A DNA stretch of 50,601 nt from an uncultured Collinsella sp. (GTDB lineage Bacteria > Actinomycetota > Coriobacteriia > Coriobacteriales > Coriobacteriaceae), in the NCBI GenBank assembly GCA_902496775.1, contig CABVCF010000001.1, positions 1-50,601 of the forward strand, in the 5' to 3' direction. The first letter of the stretch is position 1. Each line of letters opens with the position of its first letter. Both the position numbers and the translations under genes were made by a program. Shown here one piece after another: positions 1 through 8,827 of this stretch. The notes beneath the pieces were generated by a model. That model did not search any database and had not been told where the DNA came from. It saw only the letters and a list, made by a program, of their open reading frames with translations.

Positions 1-330
1 GGTGTCGATCACCACGGGACCCATGATGGCCTCGGTGTCGGTGGCGTCGGCGAGTGCCTGGGCATGCGCCTCGAGCCACTCGATGCAGGCCTCGGGGTAG
101 CAGGCCAGGACGATGATGTCGCATTCGCCGAGTGTCCTGTCGTTGAGCTCTCCGGCGACAGTGCCCATGCTGGCGGCCGTCATGACATCGTCATCGAGGT
201 CCCAGGCCAGCACGCGGACGCCCGCCTGCGCATAGCCGCGGGCAAAACTGCCGCCGATGAGGCCAAGGCCGACGATGCCCGCGCATTTGGGACCGCCCTG
301 GTTAACGCGCGCGTTTCTCACCGTACCCAT
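1..330 (-). CDS. tyrA: Prephenate dehydrogenase, N-terminal part (runs off window start)
   Basis: Not in the ORF track. Manual minus-strand translation from ATG 330 gives MGTVRNARVNQGGPKCAGIVGLGLIGGSFARG...DIIVLACYP...VVIDT, with the Rossmann GLGLIGGS motif typical of TyrA. Starts 3 nt after the aroF stop. Confidence 0.85.
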   Translation of the reverse strand, partial: MGTVRNARVNQGGPKCAGIVGLGLIGGSFARGYAQAGVRVLAWDLDDDVMTAASMGTVAGELNDRTLGECDIIVLACYPEACIEWLEAHAQALADATDTEAIMGPVVIDT

Positions 331-333
331 GGG

Positions 334-1356
334 CTACTCCATGGTCTCTTGGCAGACGACCTCGCGGATGGCTCGGATGCGGCGCATGGTGTCGTCGAAC
401 TGGTCGGGGGTGAGGGCCTGAGCGCCGTCGGACCAGGCACGGCTCGGCTCGTCGTGGACCTCGATCTCCAGACCGTTGGCGCCGCAGGCGGTCGCCGCGA
501 GCGCCATGGGCTCAACGTAGCGGGTGTAGCCGGTGGCGTGGCTGGGGTCGGCGACGACGGGCAGGTGCGACAGGTGGTGCAGCACCGGCACGGCGTTGAG
601 GTCGAAGGTGTTGCGGGTGCGGGTCTCGAAGGTGCGGATGCCGCGCTCGCACAGGATAACGTTGTCGTTGCCCTCGCTCATGATGTACTCGGCTGCCATG
701 AGCAGCTCGTCGATCGTGCCGGACATGCCGCGCTTGAGCAGAATCGGGGTTTGGGTCTTGCCGACCTCCTTGAGCAGGGGGAAGTTCTGGGCGTTGCGGG
801 CGCCGATCTGCATGACGTCAATCTTCTTGTCCAAGAAGACCTGCACGTCGCGCGGGTCCATGATCTCGGTGACGATCGGCATGTCGAGCTCGGCCGAGGC
901 CTCGCACAGCAGGTCCAGGCCGGCGGGGCCCATGCCCTGGTAGGCGTAGGGGGAGGTGCGGGGCTTGTAGGCGCCGCCGCGCAGCATCGTGGCGCCGGCG
1001 GCCTTCACGCGGCGTGCGATGCGGATGAGGTTCTCGCCCTCGACGGAGCAGGGACCGGCGATGACCTGGAACTGGTCGCCGCCTATCTTGACGCCGTGAC
1101 CGCAGTCGATGACGGAGTCCTCGGGGTGGAACTTGCGGTTGGCGCGTTTGAACGGCTCGGAGACGCGCTGCACGCGCTCGACGACGTCCATGGACTCGAG
1201 CAGGAACGGGTCGATCTTGGTCGTATCGCCCACCAGGCCGATGATGGTCTCGTTCTCGCCGCGCGAGACATCGGTCTTCAGGCCTTTTTTCTCAATCCAG
1301 CTGACGATATGGCCGACGGCCTCGTCGCTGGCGCTTTGCTTTAGAATTGCAATCAT
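334..1356 (-). CDS. aroF: DAHP synthase, class I-beta with N-terminal regulatory domain
   Basis: Motifs IAGPCSVE, RGGAYKPRTSPY, QIGARN, LKRG, DPSH, SDG. Start moved to ATG 1356 (MIAILK), which follows a GAGAGG SD. Confidence 0.95.
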   Translation of the reverse strand: MIAILKQSASDEAVGHIVSWIEKKGLKTDVSRGENETIIGLVGDTTKIDPFLLESMDVVERVQRVSEPFKRANRKFHPEDSVIDCGHGVKIGGDQFQVIAGPCSVEGENLIRIARRVKAAGATMLRGGAYKPRTSPYAYQGMGPAGLDLLCEASAELDMPIVTEIMDPRDVQVFLDKKIDVMQIGARNAQNFPLLKEVGKTQTPILLKRGMSGTIDELLMAAEYIMSEGNDNVILCERGIRTFETRTRNTFDLNAVPVLHHLSHLPVVADPSHATGYTRYVEPMALAATACGANGLEIEVHDEPSRAWSDGAQALTPDQFDDTMRRIRAIREVVCQETME

Positions 1357-1389
1357 GGTGTGCCTCTCACCTCGATGGATAACCCTTGC

Positions 1390-1414
1390 AAAAACGGCCC
1401 GCATCGCGAGCCGT
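1390..1414 (-). terminator. Terminator-like hairpin within the aroF 5' leader
   Basis: Minus strand reads ACGGCTCGC-GAT-GCGGGCCGT followed by TTTT. Confidence 0.5.
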
Positions 1415-1517
1415 GTATATATGGTGCATGAGAGTTTATACTATCTGACTCGCTTTTGCCTTCTAAAGTGGGCCGTTGCGCCGCGTCTCCCACGTAATTG
1501 CAAAGCTTTTTTTTATT

Positions 1518-1547
1518 TTGATAGCCCGTGGTGCACTTGGGTATAAT
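1518..1547 (+). promoter_or_regulatory. Sigma70-type promoter of tRNA-Arg
   Basis: TTGATA-18 nt-TATAAT, 11 nt before the tRNA, with an AT-rich tract upstream. Confidence 0.7.
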
Positions 1548-1558
1548 GCCAACCGTTG

Positions 1559-1635
1559 GCCCTATTAGCTCAGGGGATTAGAGCGTCTGCCTCCGGAGCA
1601 GAAGGCCGTTGGTTCGAATCCAACATGGGGCACCA
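1559..1635 (+). tRNA. tRNA-Arg(CCG)
   Basis: Acceptor GCCCTAT/ATGGGGC, D arm GCTC/GAGC, anticodon stem TCTGC/GCAGA with loop CT-CCG-GA, T arm GTTGG-TTCGAAT-CCAAC, encoded CCA. Confidence 0.97.
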
Positions 1636-1643
1636 TCGAACGT

Positions 1644-1683
1644 AAGACCGTCCGAACCTCGCATGGTCCGGGCGGTTTTTCTT
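1644..1683 (+). terminator. Intrinsic terminator after tRNA-Arg
   Basis: AAGACCGTCCG...CGGGCGGTTTTT hairpin with U tract. Confidence 0.7.
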
Positions 1684-1711
1684 ATACCGACGCGACGTGA
1701 TGGGACGTGGT

Positions 1712-4435
1712 ATGGCAGCAACGGATATCGAGCGCGGACTCTCGACCGCCGAGGTCGAGGAGCGCATCGCCGCCGGTAAGATCAACCGCAACATGGAGCT
1801 CAAGACCAAGTCGGTCAAAGAGCTCATCATCGAGAACCTCTGCACGCTGTTCAATTTGATCAACGTGATCTTGGCGTTCCTGGTCATTTTGACCGGTTCG
1901 TTTAAGAACCTGACGTTCCTGTTTGTGGTGTTCCTCAATACCGCTATTGGCGTCATTCAATCCATGCGGTCCAAGAAGATGGTCGATAAGCTCACGCTGC
2001 TGACCTCCAAGAAGGCCATTGCGGTGCGCGACGGCGCCGAGGTGGAGCTTGACCTGGACCAGATCGTGCTCGACGACATCATCCGCCTGGGGCGCGGCGA
2101 CCAGATTCCCGCTGACGCCGTGGTGGTTTCGGGCGAGGCGCTCGTGAACGAGAGCCTGCTGACGGGCGAGAGCGATCTCATCAAAAAGCAGCCCGGTTCC
2201 GAGCTCATGAGCGGCAGCTTTATCGACTCGGGCCTGCTGCGCGCCCGCGTGATCCATGTCGGCGCCGACAACTACGTGGCTAAGATCAATAACGAGGCCA
2301 AATACGTCAAAAAGGTTAATTCCGAGATTATGAACGCGCTTAACGCCATCGTGCGCTTTGCGAGCATCATCATGATCCCGCTCGGTTTGGCGTTGTTTGC
2401 CTCGAGTGTGAGCGAGCTGTGGGATGCTGCGGGAACCCCGGGTGATAGCGCGCTTTCGTGGTGCTTCTCCGAGTTGTTGGCTGGTCATGTGCCTTCGTCG
2501 GCGCTGCTGTCCACGGTGGGCGCCCTGCTGGGCATGATCCCCCAAGGCCTGGTACTGCTGACCTCGTCGGTGCTCGCCATCGCCACGGTGCGCCTGGCCC
2601 GCCGCAAGGTGCTGGCACAGCAGCTTTACTGCATCGAGACGCTCGCTCGCGTCGACGTGCTGTGCCTGGACAAGACGGGCACCATCACGTCGGGCCGCAT
2701 GGAGGTCGAGGGCACGTATCCGCTGCCGGTTGAGGGCGTGAGCCTAGGCGCCGGCTCGGATGAGGCGGCCGTTCCCGTCGATACCACGGTGCTCGATTTT
2801 GCGCTGGCTAACGTCGCGCGTGCGACTTCGGCCGATGCCAACGAGACCTGCCAGGCGCTTCTCAACTATTATGCTGATCGCCCGGTCGAGGTGTCTGAGC
2901 CGCTGTCGGTCATTCCGTTCTCGTCCTCCAAAAAGTGGAGCGGCGCGTCGTTTGCGCAGGGTTCCTATGTGATGGGCGCCGCGCAGTTTGTGCTCTCTGA
3001 TCGTGTGTTTTCGCAGGTCGAGAACCGTGTCGCCGAGCTTGCCGATACCTGCCGCGTGCTCGTGGTGGCGCGCGTGGAAGGCTTTACGCTCGATGGCGAT
3101 ATGGTGGGCGAGGCCGAGCCCGTGGGCTTTGTGACCATCCGCGACGAGATTCGTACCTCGGCGGCCGAGACCATCGGCTACTTTAACGAGCAGGGCGTGA
3201 CCCTCAACGTGATTAGTGGCGACGACCCGCGTACGGTGTCGTCGATCGCGCGCGTGGTGGGCGTGCCAGGGGCGGACGCTTACGTGGACGCCACGACGCT
3301 CGATACGCCGGCCAAGCTCGATGCCGCAGTGGACCGCTACCATGTCTTTGGTCGTGTGACCCCGCAGCAGAAGCGCGAGCTCGTGCAGGCGCTCAAGCGC
3401 CGCGAGCACACCGTGGCCATGACGGGCGACGGTGTCAACGACGTGCTGGCGCTCAAGGAGGCCGACTGCTCCGTGGCCATGGCGGCCGGCTCCGATGCCG
3501 CGCGTAATGTGGCCGAGATCGTACTCGTCGACAACGACTTTGCCTCGATGCCCGCCGTGGTGGCCGAGGGCCGTCGCTCCATAAACAACCTGCAGCGTTC
3601 GGCCTCGCTGTTCCTGACCAAGACGCTGTTCTCGATGGGCCTGGCGGCGCTGTGCATCGCGCTGCCGCCGTACCCCTTCGAGCCCATCCAGATGACGCTC
3701 ATTAACTTCTTCTGCATCGGCGCGCCGGGCTTTGTGTTGGGCCTGGAGCCCAACAATGCTCGCGTGAAGGGCGCGTTTTTGACCAACGTACTCAAGCGTG
3801 CACTGCCGGCGTCGATTGCGGTCATTTTGGCTGCGGCGCTCGATATCTTTGTGGCGCGCGTGTTTGGCTTTAGCCAGCTCACGCTGTCTACGATGTGCTT
3901 GCTTACGTCGTGCGCGGCGAGCGTCAGCCTGATCTGGCGCATCTCGCAGCCTCTCACGCCCTTACGTGTGGTGCTTTTTGTGTTTGTAGTCGCCGGCATC
4001 TTGGTGGGCGTTATCGGATTCCCGGAGCTGCTGTCTATTGCCAACCTGTCGATGGGTCAGATGGTTATCTTGGCTGTCATCGTGGTCTTTACCTGCTCGG
4101 TGTTCTTTAAGCTCGCCACGATGATGGATTCGCTCAAGCCGCGTCGTCGTCATGCCGCAACTGGTTTTGGCCGTGGTGTGCGCGTCCACCTGGGTCGCGG
4201 TGGCGGCAAGGTGAGCTCGACGGGTTCGACGGCCGAGCGTTTTGCCAAGCGCGTCGCCGCCGACATGGCGCAGCGCCGCGAAGATCGCACCGCTCGCGAG
4301 GCCGAGGCCCGTGCACTCGAGGGCGTGGCCCAGGCCCAGCCCAAGAAAAGGAAGAGTACCGGAGCCAAGCGCTCTCGCGTGACCAAGTCCGCCCAAGGCA
4401 TCAAAGTCTCGATGCCAAGCAAAAAGAAGGAGTAA
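1712..4435 (+). CDS. Cation-translocating P-type ATPase (HAD-IC, CtpE-like)
   Basis: TGES actuator motif, DKTGT phosphorylation site, SGD, TGDGVND hinge and multiple TM segments. Start uncertain (1697/1700/1712). Confidence 0.92.
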   Translation: MAATDIERGLSTAEVEERIAAGKINRNMELKTKSVKELIIENLCTLFNLINVILAFLVILTGSFKNLTFLFVVFLNTAIGVIQSMRSKKMVDKLTLLTSKKAIAVRDGAEVELDLDQIVLDDIIRLGRGDQIPADAVVVSGEALVNESLLTGESDLIKKQPGSELMSGSFIDSGLLRARVIHVGADNYVAKINNEAKYVKKVNSEIMNALNAIVRFASIIMIPLGLALFASSVSELWDAAGTPGDSALSWCFSELLAGHVPSSALLSTVGALLGMIPQGLVLLTSSVLAIATVRLARRKVLAQQLYCIETLARVDVLCLDKTGTITSGRMEVEGTYPLPVEGVSLGAGSDEAAVPVDTTVLDFALANVARATSADANETCQALLNYYADRPVEVSEPLSVIPFSSSKKWSGASFAQGSYVMGAAQFVLSDRVFSQVENRVAELADTCRVLVVARVEGFTLDGDMVGEAEPVGFVTIRDEIRTSAAETIGYFNEQGVTLNVISGDDPRTVSSIARVVGVPGADAYVDATTLDTPAKLDAAVDRYHVFGRVTPQQKRELVQALKRREHTVAMTGDGVNDVLALKEADCSVAMAAGSDAARNVAEIVLVDNDFASMPAVVAEGRRSINNLQRSASLFLTKTLFSMGLAALCIALPPYPFEPIQMTLINFFCIGAPGFVLGLEPNNARVKGAFLTNVLKRALPASIAVILAAALDIFVARVFGFSQLTLSTMCLLTSCAASVSLIWRISQPLTPLRVVLFVFVVAGILVGVIGFPELLSIANLSMGQMVILAVIVVFTCSVFFKLATMMDSLKPRRRHAATGFGRGVRVHLGRGGGKVSSTGSTAERFAKRVAADMAQRREDRTAREAEARALEGVAQAQPKKRKSTGAKRSRVTKSAQGIKVSMPSKKKE

Positions 4436-4538
4436 CTACGCGCCCTGGCGATGTTGAATTGGTGCCTTGCTCCTGTGGGGCCGTGGCGATGTTATGCTCT
4501 AACCTCGATTGTTTGAATTGCTTCGAAAAGAGGATGCC

Positions 4539-5681
4539 GTGATCTGCCCGCATTGCCTTAAGACTATCGAGGACGGCGCCTCGTTCTGCCCCTATTGCAA
4601 CGCCTATGTGGGTCCGGGCGACGGTCCCGAGCACACCGAGTTCGTGTTCTGCGAGGGCTGCGGTGCCCGTCTTTCCCCGCATGATCGCACGTGCCCCAAA
4701 TGCGGACGCCCCGCTCCGGGTATCCTCTCCGAGGACGCGGCCGCATCCGACCTGGCGGCGGGCCGCACGGCGGGCTTTCCGCGCCTAACGCAAGAGCAGA
4801 TCGATACCGAGGTGCCGCATGCGCCGGCCTCTGCCGCTGCGGTGCTTTCGGATGCCGCCGACCCCAATGAGACCTGCGTGCTGCCGGCTTTCGATAAGGA
4901 TTTCGGTATCCCCAAGGTCGATATTCCCACGCCCGTTTCCCTGCATGACGATGCTCAAAAACCCAAGCGCAAAGTGCATCCCGACGAGGACGCCTATCAC
5001 AAGCACAAGCGTCATATCCCCAAGCCGCTCATCGTCATCGTGGTCCTTGCAGTCGTTTGCGGTGGTGCCTATTGGTTCGTGACGGCCGATCCCATGGGTG
5101 TCATGCCTGGCTTCTATGACCAGTTTGGCCAGGCTGCGCAGACGACCTTCCCTACGCGTCAAAAGGGCGAGGCGACTGAGGACGATACCAAGCAGGACGA
5201 TTCTGCCGAGGTGGTCCAGGAAGAAACCGTGCTGACCGATGATCAGCTCTATTCCAGGCTCGACGGTCTGTATCAGACCATCGTGTCCTACGGTGACGAG
5301 GACCAGATCGGCGAGGTCATCGATTCTTTTAACAACGGCTATCTTCGAACGCCACTGTCCACCCGTCAGGAGCTGTCGCAGAGTGCCTACGCCCTGCGCG
5401 ACCAAATCAAAAAGACGCAAGATGAGCTCAACAACCTTAAGTATCAGGACGATACGGTCTATGCGGACGACATCGCCCACTTAAAGCAGCTTGCCGAGTG
5501 GATGTACGAGCGCGTCGACGTGATCTGCCAGAGCTGGGACATCTCGCTGGCCATTCCCGATGGCGAGTCGATGAGTTCCCACCAAAGCGAGATCCTGGCG
5601 CCCATCGCACAGGGCGGCAACAGCGCGCTGAATCAGTACGACGCCAACGTGGGCTCCTGGAAGCCGCAGCAGCGTTCCTAA
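4539..5681 (+). CDS. Double zinc-ribbon, single-pass membrane protein of unknown function
   Basis: CPHC/CPYC and CEGC/CPKC knuckles, TM segment PLIVIVVLAVVCGGAYWFV. GTG 4539 follows an AGAGGA SD. Confidence 0.8.
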   Translation: MICPHCLKTIEDGASFCPYCNAYVGPGDGPEHTEFVFCEGCGARLSPHDRTCPKCGRPAPGILSEDAAASDLAAGRTAGFPRLTQEQIDTEVPHAPASAAAVLSDAADPNETCVLPAFDKDFGIPKVDIPTPVSLHDDAQKPKRKVHPDEDAYHKHKRHIPKPLIVIVVLAVVCGGAYWFVTADPMGVMPGFYDQFGQAAQTTFPTRQKGEATEDDTKQDDSAEVVQEETVLTDDQLYSRLDGLYQTIVSYGDEDQIGEVIDSFNNGYLRTPLSTRQELSQSAYALRDQIKKTQDELNNLKYQDDTVYADDIAHLKQLAEWMYERVDVICQSWDISLAIPDGESMSSHQSEILAPIAQGGNSALNQYDANVGSWKPQQRS

Positions 5682-5719
5682 AATTAGTTCGCCATAGTCG
5701 GCATAACCTACGTGCGCAA

Positions 5720-5749
5720 TTGATGTAAGCGCATGCTTATTGCTACAAT
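5720..5749 (+). promoter_or_regulatory. Sigma70-type promoter of the cyclophilin gene
   Basis: TTGATG-18 nt-TACAAT with a TGn extension. Confidence 0.6.
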
Positions 5750-5788
5750 TCGTACAAATATGCTTTAAACGCACGAGGAAGGAACCAC

Positions 5789-6331
5789 ATGTTTGGTTTT
5801 AAGAAAGAGCTTTACACGCCCGAGTATCAGCTTGCCGGCGACGAGTGCGCCGTTATCGAGACGTCGAAGGGTACCATCAAGGTCAAGTTTGACGGCGAGG
5901 GCGCTCCCATTCATGTCGCGAACTTCTGCGAGCTTTCTACGATGGGCTTCTATGATGGCCTTAAGTTCCATCGCTATGTGCCCGGCTTTGTCATTCAGGG
6001 CGGCGACCCCAATACTCGCGACATGTCCGGCGCCGACGTCGCTGCCGGTCTTGAGGGCCCTGACGGCATGCCCGGTACCGGTGGCCCCGGCTACTGCATC
6101 AAGGGCGAGTTTGCCACCAATCCGCGCAACAGCCATGTCGATGGTGCCCTTGCCATGGCACGCTCCATGGACCCCGATTCCGCGGGTTCGCAGTTCTACT
6201 TCTGCCTGGGTGCCCAGCATAACCTCGATTCCGGTTACACCGTCTTTGGTACCACGGTCGAGGGTCTCGATGTGATTTCGCAGTTGCGTGCCGGCGACGA
6301 GATCGTCCATGTCGAGATCGTTCACGAGTAA
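5789..6331 (+). CDS. Cyclophilin-type peptidyl-prolyl cis-trans isomerase
   Basis: GFYDGLKFHRYVPGFVIQGGD, GALAMAR, SAGSQFYF, YTVFG motifs; GAAGGA SD. Confidence 0.95.
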   Translation: MFGFKKELYTPEYQLAGDECAVIETSKGTIKVKFDGEGAPIHVANFCELSTMGFYDGLKFHRYVPGFVIQGGDPNTRDMSGADVAAGLEGPDGMPGTGGPGYCIKGEFATNPRNSHVDGALAMARSMDPDSAGSQFYFCLGAQHNLDSGYTVFGTTVEGLDVISQLRAGDEIVHVEIVHE

Positions 6332-6342
6332 AGGGGACTTCC

Positions 6343-7647
6343 TTGAATAGCCAGCTGATCCAACAGGGCCGCGCCGCTTACCGCGCGGGTGATTTTTCCG
6401 CTGCAGCCCAGATGCTTGGGGCGGCAAAGACTCCCGATGAGATTATGGGCGAGGCCGATCACCTTCGCGGCAACGCCTTGATGCACCTGGGCATGTATGC
6501 CGAGGCCGCCGAGGCCTATGCCGCCGCCCTCAACGACGGCACCTACGGCAAGCGCGGCGCGCTGCTCACCAACCGCGGTAAGGCGCTCGCCGCCGTGGGC
6601 GACTACACGACGGCCGCCCAGGCGTTCTCTGCCGCTACGCAGGACGCTTCCTATGCCACACCGTTCAAGGCCTATCTGGGCCTGGGTAACGCGTTGTTCC
6701 AGTCGGGCGACTATGCCAACGCGGGTACTGCCTTCCGTCAGGCTGCCATCGACGGCGCCAATCCGGCTCCTGCCGCCGCACTCGGCGAGCTCGGTCGTTG
6801 CTTCATTAAGCTCGGCCGTCCGGCGGATGCGGTGGAGACCTACCGCACGGCTATCGACTTTGCCGGCCCCCGCGACGACACGCGTGCGCTCAACGCCGGC
6901 ATGGGTCAGGCGCTTTCTGCCGCCGGCCGTCCCTCCGACGCACTCGACGCCTTTAACGCCGCCACTGCCGATGGCATCTACCAGCTCACCTCCGAGCAGG
7001 CCGACGAGCTTGCCCGCGTGCACGATTCGCTTGCCGCGCTGTCTGCCCAGACGGCCATGGCCACGGCTCCGGCGCCCGCGATGGACGCTCCTGCTGTCGA
7101 TCCGCTCGATCCTACGGGCGCGACCGGTCAGTTTATGCCCGATCCCTCGGACACCGGCTTCTTTACGCTGTCCGAGTCCGAGATGGTCCAGCAGGACCGT
7201 CAGGATCGTAAGCAGGCCAAGGTCCGTCGTCGCCATCGCCACACGGGTCTCAAAGTCTTCATCGTGCTGCTTCTGCTCATTTTGATCGCCGCGGGCGGTC
7301 TGGGCTTTGCCTACACGCGCGGCTTTGGCTTCCCGTCTCAGGAGTCTGTCGTTACCGATCTGTTCCAGGCTGCCGGCGACGGTGACACCGCAAAGGCCGA
7401 GTCTTGCCTGGCCTCGAGCCTATCCGAGGACGCCAAGTCGATGATCATCTCTTCGATTCCGCAGGGTGCCACCGTGTCCGTCGAGGGCATGGATCAGTCC
7501 ATGACCGAGACGACCGCTAAGGTGAAGGCATCGCTGTCCAAGGGCGGCGAGCAGGAGTACACCGTCAAATTCGTGCGCTCCGACAACCATATCGGCTGGG
7601 CCGTTTCCTCGCTCGATATGGATTTCTCGGCTGCTGACAACCAGTAG
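6343..7647 (+). CDS. Tetratricopeptide-repeat, single-pass membrane protein
   Basis: Repeated TPR-like helices (RGNALMHLGMYAEA, RGKALAAVGDY, LGNALFQSGDY, LGRCFIKLGRP), TM VFIVLLLLILIAAGGLGF, small C-terminal extracytoplasmic domain. TTG start with AAGGGG SD. Confidence 0.85.
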   Translation: MNSQLIQQGRAAYRAGDFSAAAQMLGAAKTPDEIMGEADHLRGNALMHLGMYAEAAEAYAAALNDGTYGKRGALLTNRGKALAAVGDYTTAAQAFSAATQDASYATPFKAYLGLGNALFQSGDYANAGTAFRQAAIDGANPAPAAALGELGRCFIKLGRPADAVETYRTAIDFAGPRDDTRALNAGMGQALSAAGRPSDALDAFNAATADGIYQLTSEQADELARVHDSLAALSAQTAMATAPAPAMDAPAVDPLDPTGATGQFMPDPSDTGFFTLSESEMVQQDRQDRKQAKVRRRHRHTGLKVFIVLLLLILIAAGGLGFAYTRGFGFPSQESVVTDLFQAAGDGDTAKAESCLASSLSEDAKSMIISSIPQGATVSVEGMDQSMTETTAKVKASLSKGGEQEYTVKFVRSDNHIGWAVSSLDMDFSAADNQ

Positions 7648-7669
7648 TGACCTTATGGGATTTAGCTTT

Positions 7670-7704
7670 GCCCGGCGCTTCACCGCAAGTGAGGTGCCGG
7701 GCTT
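7670..7704 (+). terminator. Hairpin / probable terminator after the TPR gene
   Basis: GCCCGGCGCTTCAC-CGCAA-GTGAGGTGCCGGGC; U tail weak. Confidence 0.55.
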
Positions 7705-7762
7705 GCGCTAGTATGATGAGCTAGTAGTTTTCCAGCAATCATCCAACACATCAGGAGTTGCG

Positions 7763-8806
7763 TTGTTTTCTTTGATGGATATGTTCTTCGGTAGCTATGC
7801 GGGCGATCTTGCCATCGACCTCGGCACCGCAAATACGCTTGTCTCCGTGCGTGGCAAGGGCATCGTCATTCGCGAGCCCTCTGTTGTCGCCATCGACAAG
7901 AACGACGAGCGCATCCTGGCGGTCGGTATCGAGGCAAAGCGCATGCTCGGCCGTACGCCCGGCAACATCGTGGCCGTTCGTCCCCTGAAGGACGGCGTCA
8001 TCGCCGACTTCGATGTTACCGAGGCCATGCTCCGCTACTTTATCGACAAGGCGTCCGAGAAGCGCTATCCGTGGACCCCGCGTCCGCGCGTTGTCGTCTG
8101 CGTCCCCTCCGGTGTCACGTCGGTCGAGAAGCGTGCCGTCTTTGAGGCCACGATCCAGGCCGGCGCCCGCCAGGCCTATCTGATCGAAGAGCCCATGGCC
8201 GCCGCTATCGGCGCCGACCTGCCCGTCGAGGAACCCACCGGCTCCATGGTCATCGACATCGGTGGCGGTACCACCGAGGTCGCTGTTATCGCTATGGGCG
8301 GCATCGTCGTCTCGCAGTCCATCCGTATTGCCGGTGACGAGTTCGACCAGGCCATCCTCACGCATGTTCGTGATGCCTACAACCTGGCCATCGGCGAGCG
8401 TACAGCAGAGGACATCAAGATCAAGGTCGGCTCCGCCGTGCCGCTCAAGGACGAGCTCGATGTTGAGGTCAACGGCCGCGACGTGATCACCGGTCTGCCC
8501 AAGACCGTGCGCATCGAGAGCGAGGAGATTCGTCGCGCGCTCAACAAGCCACTCGACGAGATGGCCAAGGCCGTCAAGGACGCACTCGACGCTACGCCTC
8601 CCGATCTTGCCTCGGACCTTATGTACTACGGCATTTTGCTGACCGGTGGCGGCGCGCTGCTACGCGGTCTCGACGTGCGCCTGCGCGATGAGACCGGTGT
8701 TTCGGTCAACGTCAGCCCCACGGCGCTCGATAACGTCGTTAACGGCTGCGCCCGCGTGCTCGAGGCCAATGCGTTTGATGGCGGCTTCGTCCAGACCAAT
8801 GCTTAA
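7763..8806 (+). CDS. mreB: Rod shape-determining protein MreB
   Basis: DLGTANT, IEEPMAAAIG, DIGGGTTEVA, LTGGGALL actin-fold motifs. Confidence 0.97.
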   Translation: MFSLMDMFFGSYAGDLAIDLGTANTLVSVRGKGIVIREPSVVAIDKNDERILAVGIEAKRMLGRTPGNIVAVRPLKDGVIADFDVTEAMLRYFIDKASEKRYPWTPRPRVVVCVPSGVTSVEKRAVFEATIQAGARQAYLIEEPMAAAIGADLPVEEPTGSMVIDIGGGTTEVAVIAMGGIVVSQSIRIAGDEFDQAILTHVRDAYNLAIGERTAEDIKIKVGSAVPLKDELDVEVNGRDVITGLPKTVRIESEEIRRALNKPLDEMAKAVKDALDATPPDLASDLMYYGILLTGGGALLRGLDVRLRDETGVSVNVSPTALDNVVNGCARVLEANAFDGGFVQTNA

Positions 8807-8827
8807 TTTCCAAAAGGTGGATTCCAT

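Noticed and set aside
64..1344. 426-aa plus-strand ORF, and similar long antisense ORFs (15084-16526, 29660-31402, 39415-40917, 44024-45595)
   Set aside because: Antisense shadows of real genes in high-GC DNA, with typical V/G/D/H-rich artefact composition.
1559..1700. tRNA-Arg as an occupied integration site
   Set aside because: It is followed directly by its terminator and a core-like gene. No integrase or duplicated tRNA 3' end seen.
4446..4493. 10-bp direct repeat TGGCGATGTT x2 upstream of the zinc-ribbon gene
   Set aside because: Only two copies 38 nt apart, compatible with chance. Not CRISPR-like and no cas genes.
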